This document shows positions 23,205 through 34,729 of a stretch of DNA of 39,848 nt, one piece after another. Origin of the DNA: Octopus bimaculoides (taxonomy: Eukaryota); NCBI RefSeq assembly GCF_001194135.2, contig NC_068981.1, positions 198,317,336 to 198,357,183 on the forward strand, written 5' to 3'. Positions within the stretch are counted from its first letter, which is position 1; the number at the start of each line of letters is the position of its first letter. The notes beneath the pieces were generated by a model that saw only the letters and a list, made by a program, of their open reading frames with translations, searched no databases and had not been told where the DNA came from. The translations under genes and the position numbers were made by a program.

Positions 23205-24032
23205 CATCATCATCGTTTAACGTCTGCTTTCCATGCTGGTATGGGTTGGACGATTTGACTGAGGACTGGTGAACCAGAAGGCTACACCAGGCTTCAATCT
23301 GATTTGGCAGAGTTTCTACAGCTGGATGCCCTTCCTAACGCCAACCACAGGACGTCACAAAAGAACGTGGACAAAATGAGAAACAGAGCACAGAAAACAC
23401 ACAGGCCATATAGAAAACATTTCCTTCATCAGCTGCCACCATTCTAAAACTAAGCATTTCGAAGATATATATATATATATATATAGAAGCATCAGATGTG
23501 GTGTGCAAGGGAGACAACTGCGCTGGTATGGTCATGTGGTGAGAATGGAGGAGGATAGCTGTGTGAAAAAGTATTGCACCCTAGCGGTTGAGGGAAACCG
23601 TGGAAGAGGTAGACCTAGGAAGACCTGGAATGAGGTGGCGAAGCACAACCTTCAGACATTAGGCCTCACCGAGGCAATGACTAGTGACCGAGACCTTTGG
23701 AAATATGCTGTGTTTGAGAAGACCCGGAAAGCCAAGTGAAACCATAACCTGTGGCCTATGCCAGTGGTGTAACTAGCTCATGTAGGTGTACCATTCTTTC
23801 ATTGGACACTAAACTCTGCTTGTGAAGACCTGTTAAGGCAAATGAAATCAAAATCAATTCGATGACTGGCGTCCATGCTAGTGGAGCACTAAGAGCACCA
23901 TCCGAGCGTGATTGTTGCCAGAGCAGCTGACTGGCCCCTGTGCCAGTCCCTAGTCAAACTGTCCAACTCATGCCAGCATGGAAAGCAGACGTTAAACGAT
24001 GATGATATGTATGTATATATATATATATATAA

Positions 24033-24093
<61 letters not shown>

Positions 24094-24425
24094 TATATAT
24101 ACATATATATATATTTCTACAATTGGATCTAATTACTTACTGGGCATACACTTCTTTATACACATCTGTACTGGCTTTCCCATCATCATCATCAGCATCA
24201 TCGTTTAATGTCCGGTTTCCATGCTGGCATGGGTTGGACGATTTGACTGAGGACTGGTGAGCTGGTGGGGGTTGCACCAGGTTCCAGTCTGATTCGACAT
24301 GCTTTCTAGAGTTCAAGGCCCTTCCCAGCACCAACAGCTCCAAGAATGTAATGGGTGCTTTCTATGTGCCGCTGGCACAGGTGCTATTTGATTGACACCA
24401 GCACAGGTAGTAGTTACGTGACACT
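23205..24425. mobile_element. Cluster of RTE 3' ends: 23205-23350 (-), 23487-24006 (+), 24180-24425 (-), with TA/CA microsatellite 24005-24115
   Basis: Terminal motifs; RWYGHVVRMEEDSCVKKYCTLAVEGNRGRGRPRKTWNEV. Confidence 0.85.
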
Positions 24426-24463
24426 GGCTTAATATTTTATATAAGTAAACAGAAAGAATTTAC

Positions 24464-24518
24464 CTGATGATGAAGCTGAACCATCTGTTGAAATTTCTTG
24501 GAAATATTCTTTAAATTT
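24464..24518 (-). CDS. Macrodomain terminal helix exon, copy B (phase 0-1, 55 nt)
   Basis: cctttaacag|AAA and TCAG|gtaaat; KFKEYFQEISTDGSASSS continues DTYIVK in frame as the last macro helix. Confidence 0.65.
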
Positions 24519-24809
24519 CTGTTAAAGGTAAGCAAATAATTCATTATCACTCAATCAAAAATTAATTTCTTAATTAATTTCTGTTAATTACAATGCAATG
24601 TTTTAATTCATTGCTTCTATCACAAATATTGTTTTAAATTAATATTTCCATTTATTGTATTATAGAATAACTTCCTATGAGGAACGGGCTTTTGAATATT
24701 CTGTAGTTTGGTGAGGAATTTTTACTTACAGAATAAAAGGAAATGAAATTTGCTTGTTTAAGTGACTGTAAAAAATTATTCATGGAATTGAAATTGGTAG
24801 CAAGATTCC

Positions 24810-25040
24810 ATGTTGTGTCCAAACACCAGCTTAATAATGACAAACCTATTTAACTTAATAATAGATCACCCAGGCCCATATATTAATGGGAATGGCCATT
24901 GCAAAATCGGCATCATGGAGGGAGCCAAGGTTTTTAAGGACTATACTAAAGCTAGCACGATAAATAGTCATAAAGAAGTTTTTCCTAAATGTGTCCACTT
25001 CAAGCGCAACTGGAAAATTGGATTACCCCGTTTAAGCCGT
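24810..25040 (+). mobile_element. Second, divergent Penelope-like endonuclease C-terminal relic
   Basis: HPGPYINGNGHCKIGIMEGAKVFK...INSHKEVFPKCVHFKRN aligns with NPGPYINGTSCCKLCIAERARILK...STEIFRLCLHFRKF at about 9590-9730. Confidence 0.6.
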
Positions 25041-25922
25041 TTCGGGTTGGAAGCGTTGTTTTAGCTTCTGATACAGGGGAGACAACCCATCTTCATTACC
25101 GTTTTTATATGTTAAGACTTAAATCTCGATTTCTGAGCGTTTCCTCACGTCGGAAATTTTAATTTTTTGACTTTGTGCAGAGTCATATGAGCTGTCCACA
25201 AGGTTTTAGCTTTGTGGATACGAAACGTTTGGTAACTCTATGTCCAAAATTAAAATTTTTGTTATGATAATTACTGCTCTATCCTTGAGTGTGTGCTTCT
25301 TATCTGGTATATGTTTTATTGACTATCTATGATGATATTGGCCAAATCATCTACGTGAATGGTGACAGCAATTTCTTGTATATGTTTTTAGTAGAAAGTG
25401 GGTTATACATCTTTAGATTGTATTCCTGACTTTCTACTAAAAAATTTGAAGAAATAGACGGAACGCTGAACTCCAGACTAAACAACTCAAACAACATTTA
25501 TTTAGGTGATAAACATACATATCTTTAGTTATACATCTTTAGAGGTGAGAATAACGAGCTGTCGAGTATAAGACCGAAAGATGTAGAGACAGCTTTAAAC
25601 ACACGTCCATGCTCAATCGCTGGCCAGCGAGAAAGAGAATGAATTGAGCGGGAAACGCTTGCTTTATTAATTCTACGCATGCGTAAGACTACGCATGCGC
25701 AGGTGTTACTACATGTTCAATTATAATCTAAGTGAAAAACTTTCAATACTCATAATTCAATTTTGGCACCTTTTTTCAACTCAGTCAACAACACGTGTTT
25801 CTGATGGTATGGAATAAGGACACTGAATGATTATGAGGGTCATTTCTATTTTGCAGAATATCATTTTGGTGAATTCCAAGAATATCAACACAAAACAACA
25901 AACAACAAATACAACAACCAAC

Positions 25923-26150
25923 CTTTACTATGTACGTGTCTTGAGGATAAACCACAAAGTTTACAACTTTGATTTGGCTTGAATTCTGATCTGAGTAGTT
26001 TTTCACTGCTTCAAACATAGTTCCAGGTAGCTCTTCAATAGGGTACCTCAATTTTCCACCTCCTAATATAGGAAATGCAAGACTTTTTGCTCCCATTCTC
26101 TCAGCAGTTTCCAGACAAGTGGTTATTATTTGAGTCAAGTTTGCCAGAAT
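25923..26150 (-). CDS. Macrodomain exon (PARP14 macro2/3-like), copy B (phase 0-0, 228 nt)
   Basis: ttttttttag|ATT and AAG|gttggt; ILANLTQIITTCLETAERMGAKSLAFPILGGGKLRYPIEELPGTMFEAVKNYSDQNSSQIKVVNFVVYPQDTYIVK (SxAFP-xGxG motif). Confidence 0.88.
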
Positions 26151-26320
26151 CTAAAAAAAAATAATTGTTTTGGTAATTGATAATGAACATTTTATTACAG
26201 GAAGGAATCATTAAGTTGTAATTAATATATTCTTTGATTAACACATTCCACACAGAATTTGTTGTTTCAAACAGAAATGTTTTACAGATTCGAATAGCAT
26301 TAAACAACTTCTAGTGATTA

Positions 26321-26392
26321 TTGGATTAACAGATCATGTGGTCATTGGATTAACACAGATCATGTGGTCATTGGATTAACACAGATCATGTG
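26321..26392. repeat. 26-bp tandem repeat, about 3 copies
   Basis: attggattaa(ca)cagatcatgtggtc. Confidence 0.9.
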
Positions 26393-26571
26393 ATAGCAGG
26401 AAGTCTGGCCGAGTGAAGACTTGGATGCCATGAATGAAAAGAGTAATGTTCTAAGATTTGGTGTAATTCAANNNNNNNNNNNNNNNNNNNNNNNNNNNNN
26501 NNNNNNNNNNNNNNNNNNNNNNNNNNNNNNNNNNNNNNNNNNNNNNNNNNNNNNNNNNNNNNNNNNNNNNN

Positions 26572-26670
26572 TTACAAATGAAGTTCACGGCCTTTGGCAT
26601 GGTACTGCTGCAGGATCTGTTAATGGAATAAATGAATCAGGATTCAACCGTAGCTATTGTGGTAGAAATG
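26572..26670 (+). CDS. PARP catalytic exon 2, copy B (5' part lost in gap)
   Basis: TNEVHGLWHGTAAGSVNGINESGFNRSYCGRN then G|gtaagt; 93/99 nt identical to 12027-12125. Confidence 0.92.
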
Positions 26671-27024
26671 GTAAGTATATTATCATCATCATCATCATCA
26701 TCCACCCACCCTCCATATTGGCCTGAATTGGACAGACTGTCACTGTCCACATTGGTCCTTTCTCACACAGAGAGGACAGAGGACGTCATGTTGCTTACAC
26801 ATTCCACGTTTGGCATCGTTTCTACTGCCAGGTACCCTTCCTAACATCTTCTACTCTAGAGTAAACCAGGTGTATTTTATTATTGTGGAATCGACACTTT
26901 TATTTGTTTTCCTTGCTGAATTGGGAGGAAGGGTGTGTCCCCATCCCCTTCTAAACTGGAGATTGGTTAGCATTAATGCTTCTCTTTAATCTTTGTAAAT
27001 CAAAGAAAAGCACTGTAAGATATA

Positions 27025-27850
27025 TCATCACCATCATCGTTTAACGTCCATTGTCCATGCTGGTATGGGTTGGACAGTTTAACCAAGGTTTGGTAATCTA
27101 GTAGGCTGCGTCAGGCTCCAGTCTGATTTCGCATGGTATTCTATGGCTGGATGCCCTTCCTAACACCAACCACTCTGAGAGTGTAGTGGGTGCTTCTACG
27201 TGCCACTGGCTTGGGTGCCTTTTGTGTGACACCTGTATCTGCCATGACTGGGATTTTGCTTGATTCGATGGGTCTTCTTCTCAAGCATGACATAATGCCA
27301 AAGGTCTCGGTCATTGCTACTGTGTGGCCCAACACTCAAAAGGAACTCAGCCAGTTTGCCTCTGTGAAGCCCATAGCTCGAACATTGCACCTTATGTGCT
27401 ACCGGCATGCATGCCAGTTACGTGACACCAACATCAGCCATGACTACGAATTTACTTGGCTTGATGGTTTTTCTCAAGCACAGCATATCGCCAAAGGTCT
27501 CAATCTCTAGTCATCGTCTCTGTGAGGCTCAAAATTCAAAGATTATGCTTCACCACTTTGTCTGATGTGTTCCTGGGTCTATCTCTATCACAGGTTCCCT
27601 TCACAGTTAGAGATAGGGACTTCTTTACTCGACTGTCCCTGTTCATGTGCATCACATGACCATACCTACACAGTCATCTCTCTTGCACACCACATCTGAT
27701 GCCTCTTGTGCCTAACTTTTCTCTCAAGATGCACATCCAGCAAAGAATGCTGGCTTGTTTTCTCTCTAGCCTACACATGTCCTTCGTTGTCACAACCCAT
27801 GTTTTACTGCCATGTAGCATGGCTGTTTGCACACAGGCATCATACAATCT
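27025..27850 (-). mobile_element. RTE LINE 3' fragment in the last intron of copy B
   Basis: GRLYDACVQTAMLHGSKTW...; RTE tail at 27025; absent from copy A. Confidence 0.85.
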
Positions 27851-28174
27851 GCCGAATGTCAACCCAATAGAGGGACCAGCTATCTGAATTTACAGTACCT
27901 TGGATGTATGACTTATTGACGTTTTATTTATATAATCCTTAAAATTTCATGAATGAAATGTGAACATAAAGAAAAAATGTCATTCTTCAAATTTCTGTAT
28001 TTTTTAAACTTTCTTGAGTTTTTTTAAAGAGACAGTTTTTTTATGCAAACACACTGTTAATATAAGATCTTAATTTAGAGAAGATTTTTCCATTTGATGT
28101 TAAAATTGGTCCTTTCATCTTTAACTTTCCACATTAAAGCCAAAAGGGTTGTTGTATGTCTCTTATAACTGTAC

Positions 28175-28213
<39 letters not shown>

Positions 28214-28242
28214 ACTTGGGGATGGTCATATTGCCAGTTTAG

Positions 28243-28273
<31 letters not shown>

Positions 28274-28293
28274 CTTTTGTTTTCTATTCTTAG

Positions 28294-28571
28294 CCACAGT
28301 ATTTGGTGAAGGTGTTTATTTTGCCAGAGACATCCGATATTCCGCAAGTCATACCTATTCTACTCCTGACCATTACGGAATAAAGAGAATATACAAATGC
28401 AGTGTTCTTGTGGGAAGAGTGATGCAAGGATATTATGGATTAAAAGTTTTACAGGATTCTTACAATTCTGCTGCTGATAATATTTATTATCCCAGCGTTT
28501 ATGTCATTTTTCATGATTTTCAGGCATATCCTAATTATCTGATTACATTCTATAATTATAGAATTAATTAA
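28294..28571 (+). CDS. Terminal PARP catalytic exon with stop codon, copy B
   Basis: ctattcttag|CC; (A)TVFGEGVYFARDIRYSASHTYSTPDHYGIKRIYKCSVLVGRVMQGYYGLKVLQDSYNSAADNIYYPSVYVIFHDFQAYPNYLITFYNYRIN*; open and phase-compatible; missed by the ORF track. Confidence 0.93.
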
Positions 28572-28584
28572 AATTCATAAGTTT

Positions 28585-28893
28585 TATAACGTACCTACTG
28601 TATGTGTCACCTAATATCAGTGTGATATATAGTACCTCGGAACAGAGTAGACACGAAATGTCTCCACTTGATGTATTCCCAGATACTCTGCCAACAACTG
28701 TAACCAATCCAGAACAACTCTCAACAAACAATAACAACTTCTCATCATTTTCCTGCAACTCCACAAACTCACCAACGACACCTTTCTACTTTCTACGATT
28801 TCTCATCTCTCGCTCACACTCAATTACTCTGCTACTTATACAAATTCAGCTAGTCCATTCTCACAGGGGGGTGTTATAATTCTCACCATAACA
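28585..28893 (-). repeat. 3' LTR of the outer Gypsy
   Basis: Long identical blocks with 37645-37991, e.g. ctccacttgatgtattcccagatactctgccaacaactgtaaccaatcca; ends ...ataaca. Confidence 0.9.
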
Positions 28894-30453
28894 TCTCTCA
28901 TTTTGAGATTTGACTTCTGTAGGAAGTGCAAATTTTTACTTAATTTTATTCTTTTTTTCATCATCACCTCTGCCTTTTTTGAGATTCTAATTTCCTCAGA
29001 AGTTTCAATACTTCTTTCACTTCAGGACTATTTCTAGTCGTTCTATTTATTTATGTTTTCTATTGTTGATCTTCCTAGGTTCAACCTCTTTTGGTGTTGG
29101 AACATCGAAAAAGTCATTAAACACTTCCTTTAGTATTTCTTCTCTTTCTTCTATATGTCTAGTTTTCAACTGGTTCAAATGTCATTTGTGCTTTCCCTAT
29201 TTCACCTTTTATGATGTACATCATAATACTGCCTATTCTTTTCATCACTATACCCTCCTCCCAACCTTGTCTCCTATTCTTATATATTTTGAAATGAATC
29301 TTGTCTCCCACATTAAAATACTTTGTTGTGTTTTCTGTATAATTTTTTTTTTTTTTGTAGTTAACAATTTATCAAAAATTTATTTATCTTCTGAGCAAAC
29401 ATTAGCTCTGCGGCAACTTGCCTGAACAGGCATTCAGGTTAGGTGTTACTCTGTAAACCCTTAAGAATTGAGTTAGTGCTGCATCATTCCCTACCTCATT
29501 TTCTGATTTTTTTAGTGCTCGCTTAACTGTGTCTACAAACTGTTCTGCTTGTTCATTTGATCTCAGGTTGTATGGTGGAGTAGAGATGTGATTGATTGCA
29601 TACATTTTACAGAGATTTTAAAACTTGTACCCCGTAAACTGCATCCCATTATCTGATACACCATATTGTACAAAGAGTTTGTGAAGGAACCTTATTGTTA
29701 CCTTCAAGGTTGATTGATTGTATCTACATATCTCTGTCCACTTGGTATGGCTGTCTACTATGATCAGATAATGTGCCATTTACCGGTCCAGCAAAATCGA
29801 TATGTAGCCTGGACCATGGACTATCTGTCTTAGGCCACAATTGGAATTTTACCAGTGGTGACTTTCCTGCAAGAGCACAACCTTTGCAGGATTTCACCGA
29901 TTGTTCAATATCATGGTCCATAGTAGGCCAATACACATAACTTCTCATTACTGATTTCATTCTTGAAATCCTTGGCTGTCCCACATGAAATCCACTTAAT
30001 ACACGCTTCTGTAGTGCGGATGGCACTACAACTCTTTGTGTATACATCAACTCATTGTCACACAGAGAAAAATGATTTGCATTTGTGTTGCAAATACTTT
30101 CATTTTCTTTTACTTTCACCGTTTCTTTCATCTTTATAACGAATTTGTTATTCTCCAATTCTATTTTTATATCTTGGACAGTTGCTTGCAACTCCTGAAT
30201 GATGGTACACAAAATATTTTTTATTTCATTTTATGCTTGTAATGAAGCTGTCACATATCTCCCAATGGTTCCGCATTATTTGGAATTAGCTTTGATAAAC
30301 AATCTGCGTGGCCTAACCATTTGGATGGTATGTACTCGATCGTAAAGTCGTAGTTCTTCAATATTGTACCCCAGCATTGTAACCAACTTGCTGTATGGGT
30401 AGGAATTCCATTTTTGGAACCAAAAATTGATAATAATGGTTGGTGATTGGTTT

Positions 30454-33400
30454 TGTTGTGATGAGAGTTATGACACAACCTTGGGAGTGATGGACTGGTC
30501 CAAGTAAATTATAAGTAGTAACGATCCAAGTAAACTCAGAGTTTGGAATCGAGTGAAGTTTGTTAGTTCGCAGTGAAGTCGGAAGGTGTCGGTTGGTAAG
30601 TTTACAAGGAATATTGATTGTTGGTTCGTGAAGAGATTTGTTAGTTCGTTACATTGTTGTTACATTGTTGTTACTGTTGTCTAATTATCCTATTTATTGT
30701 ACATAATAAATTACATTACAACAGGGTTTCGAAGCTCATGTAGGTTATTTAACAATTTATTTGTGATACAACTTGTTAAATAATGGAAGACCTATTAGCT
30801 TCCATAGTCCAGTTGCAAAAGCAACGAGAAGAGCAGTAACAGGAATTGCAGAAGCAACTATTACAGCAACAACTATAACAACAACAATTTTCAAAGAAGT
30901 CCAAAAATGAGGTTAGTTCGTTTTTGCCTGATGGCATTTCAAACTCGATTAATGAATTCAGTTATAACCCAGACGAGGGTATAACTTTTGCATTGTATTA
31001 CATAAGCTACAAAGAGATTTTTAAGAAAGATTTTAAATCATGGTTGGAAGAACAAAAAGTGAGATTGTTATTGCAAAAATTAACACCATTAGAGCATGAA
31101 TGTTACTGTAATTTCATATTTCCCAAAAAAACCAAGGAAATTTGTTTTAAAGAAACAATAGAATTACTGTCTAACATATTTGCTGATAAAACTTCTCTAT
31201 TTAACACTCGACTGGAGTGTTGGAATATAACGCGAAAAGAGGATGATGATTTTATCCCATACGCAGGAACAGTCAACAGGATGTGTGAAAGTTTTAAACT
31301 CAAAGAACTTACACCTGAGATGTTCAAGTGTCTTATTTTCATACACAGCCTTACAACGAGCAAAGATATCAAAATTCAGGCAAGAATTCTTTCTAAATTG
31401 GAACAAGCGAACCAAGGTCTAACCTTACAGTCCGTGGCAGAAGAATGCCAAAGAATGGTAAACCTGAAACACAAAGTAGAAAAAATTCAAGAAAAGGATG
31501 CCTCAAAAGTAAAGATATGCCGACCGGAAAAGTACAACCAAAAAAGAGCGCCACGTCCTAATCCATGTTATGGATGTTGGGGAATACGTTTCAGAAAAAT
31601 CTGTCCATTTAAAAATCAAAAATGTTACCATTGCAAAAGAATTGGTCACAAGAGTTCACACTACAGAACAAAATTACGAAAGTCAAGCATTAAAAAAATG
31701 CTCTCAGTAGAAACAAAAATCGACTTCAAAATAAAAAAAATTTGTATACGTAAAAATAAATGGAATACTTATTAAACTTCAATTGGATGCTGGAAGTAAT
31801 ATTTCAATATGGACACATGGAAGAAAATAGGGAAACCTATGTTGAGAAAAACAGCAAAATCTGCTCTTAGCGTGATGGGCGACAAATTACATTTCATGGG
31901 CGAAATGTGGACTAATGTCACATTTCGAGGGAAAGCATGCAAAGCGAAAGTCTTCGTCGTTAAACATGCAACTGATCTGTTTGGTTCTGATTGGTTAGAA
32001 TTATTCGATTTATGGGACCTCATCATAAATCTTTATCGTTAAAATGTAAACAGTTTTCCCTCTAAAAATAATTTGCTTGAAGAGTTAAAGAGAAAATTTT
32101 TTTAAATGTTTCCGCAAGTATTCTCGGACAAACTAGGTCTATGTACAAAGACTGAAGCGTGTTTTGAATTAGATAATAACGTTACACCTCTCTTCAAGTC
32201 TAATAGGAAAGTGCCTTTGCAGCAATAAAGCAAATGGACGATGAGTTGGACAGATTGGAAAACAACAGAATCATTGAAAAGGTGGATTACACAAAAGGGC
32301 AGCTCTGACTATGTATAAAACAGAAAAATAACAAAATTAGGTTGTGTGCCGATTTTTCGACCGGTTTAAATGACTGCTTAAAAATGAACCATTATCCACT
32401 ACTGAATCCCCAAAGGTATTTGTTTTTACAAAGCTAAACNNNNNNNNNNNNNNNNNNNNNNNNNNNNNNAATATTTTCAAAACTGGATCTGTCTGACACA
32501 TATCTACAAATCAAAGTAGATAAAAAATGCTCATAGCTGTTAACGGTCAGCACATACAGAGGTCTATACAAATACAATAGGCTACCTTTTGGACTGAAGG
32601 TAGCACCTGCAATATTTCAACAGGTGATGGACGCGATGTTGGCTGACTGTCCATTTGCTATTCCTTATGTTGATGACGTGTTAATCAAAAGCGAATTGCA
32701 GAATCAGAATATTGAACACGTGAGATGTGTGTCTTTAAAAAACATTAAGGATTAGGGTTTCACACTCAGTGAAGAGAAGTGTGAAAGTGTTTTTGCCTAA
32801 AATCAAATACCTAAGTCAAATCATAGATAAGAATGGAAGATGTCCTGACTCGTCGAGGGCAGACACAATCAAGAATATGCCTCCTCCAACGAATATACCG
32901 ACATTACAAGCTTTCCTCGGCCTAACAAATTACTATCAACAGTACATTCCAAATATACATAAATTGTGAGCACCATTAAACGATTTACTAAAAAAAAGAA
33001 ATAAAATGGAATTGGTCAGTAAAGTGCCAAAACGCATTTGAAGACAAAGAAAATACTAATTTCTGACTTGTCATTAGTGTAGTTCGATCTTGGAATGGAC
33101 ATCGTTGTAGCACCTGATACTTTGGAGTATGGAATAGGAGCAGTCTTGTTATACATGTATAAAGATGGAAATATGAAGCCAGTAGTTCACTGATAGCAGT
33201 GGTAAAACAAAGTATAGTCAGATAGAGAAGGAGGCTCTATCGATTATTTTTGCAGTAAAAAAAATTTCACAAATTTCTACGTGGTAGAAGTTTTTTGTTA
33301 TACATTGACCATTACTATCAAATTTTGGATCAAAGAACCGACTACAATACTGGGGTACAATATTGCTGAACTACAATTTTAAGATGCAGCATATTCTGTC

Positions 33401-33680
33401 AAAGAAAACTGGTCAAGCAGACTGCTTGTCAAGGCTAATTCCCAAGAGCTTGGAACTGCTAAAAGAGACCATGATAGCATCATTGCAGTCAGAAAAGGAA
33501 GTGAGAAGTATTATGTATCATATAATCCAGAAACTGCTGGTGACAGTGCATGATATAAAAATGAAATTCATAGAGGAGAGTTACATTACAAGAATGAAAG
33601 AAACATTGAAAAATAAGCAAAATAAAAATACAAATTCAAATAATTTCTCACTCTGCAACGATGTCTTAATGTGTGCCTTT
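30454..33680 (+). mobile_element. Inner Ty3/Gypsy of a related family: 5' LTR, gag, PR, RT, RNase H; 3' part deleted
   Basis: LTR 30454-30720 (tgttgtgatgagag...ttaca, AATAAA); gag ORF 30924-31775 with CxxC knuckle relics; LDAGSN protease; LDLSDTYLQI and YVDDV in RT; HADCLSR-type RNase H end (GQADCLSRL); no integrase. Confidence 0.88.
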
Positions 33681-34729
33681 TGACAATTATTTGACCAATT
33701 CCACTTCACATCTTTTTTTAACAAATTATTTAGTGGAGCTCAATCCATGCATATTTGGTATATAATTTTGATAATAATTCGCTAGACCTAGAAAAGCTTG
33801 TAAGGTTGCTGTATTAGTTGGAGGAGGCATATTTCTAATTGCGTCTTCCCTCGACGCATCCAGTCATCGTCCCTTCCTGTTGATAATTTGTCCTAAATAC
33901 TTAATTTTAGGTTAGAAAATTTCATGTTTTCCTTCACTCAGTGTGGAACCGTAATCTCTTATTTTTTCAAAAATACATTTTATATGCTCAACATGCAGAT
34001 CACAAGATTCACTTTTAATTAATATATCATTGAGATATAGAATTGCATCCATAACCTGTCAAAAAATTGACCAAATGGTAATCTGTTATATTTATATAGT
34101 CTTTTATGTATATTCACTGTTAAGTATTTTGAGCATTCCTCGTCTGCTCTAATTTGTAGGCACGCATCAGAGAGATCCAGTTTCAAAAATATCTTGCCCC
34201 CATTTAACTTTGCAAAAATATCCTCCAGGGCAGGTAGCACATAGTAACATGTTTTCAGGCATTCATTCAAGCCCTCATTTTGTTAGTCTTTTTTTTTTTT
34301 TAATACACACTGTAAGAACTGTCCATTTTGCATATTCCACTTTTTGGATGACTCCAAGTTTGTCTAATCTTTCTAATGTTTTATCACACAAAAACGTACC
34401 ATTCTTTTTTGGTTTGAATACTGGTATGGCATTTTCTTTTATTAGAAAACATGCCTCAGTCTTCGTACACAGACCTAATTCATCTGACAGCACTTCAAGA
34501 AAAGCATTTGCAAGTTTATTCTTCAATTCGTCTGACACTTTAGGAACAATCAAACAACTCCATCCAGTCAAACAAGTCTGTTGCATTAGTTATTGAACCC
34601 AAAACTTTTGCTTTACAAGTTTTACCACAAAATGTAATATTGCTGACCAAGTGTAATTTGTGACACCTTGCACACTTTACAATGTTTTCTTTAATGTAGG
34701 TTCTCCAATTTTTTTCCACGTCCTCCTCT

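Noticed and set aside
25060-25270. Possible Tc1/mariner-type MITE starting TA|CAGGGG
   Set aside because: No matching terminal inverted repeat found
22744-28571. Reading the minus-strand macro exons and plus-strand PARP exons as two separate head-to-head genes (three paralogs)
   Set aside because: Needs two whole 5' regions in one gap and a lost catalytic half; one flipped block explains every landmark, though it is unproven
30924-31775. 283-aa open gag as a domesticated gene
   Set aside because: The true start region (30783-30923) has stops, knuckle residues are substituted, and it sits in a decayed LTR element
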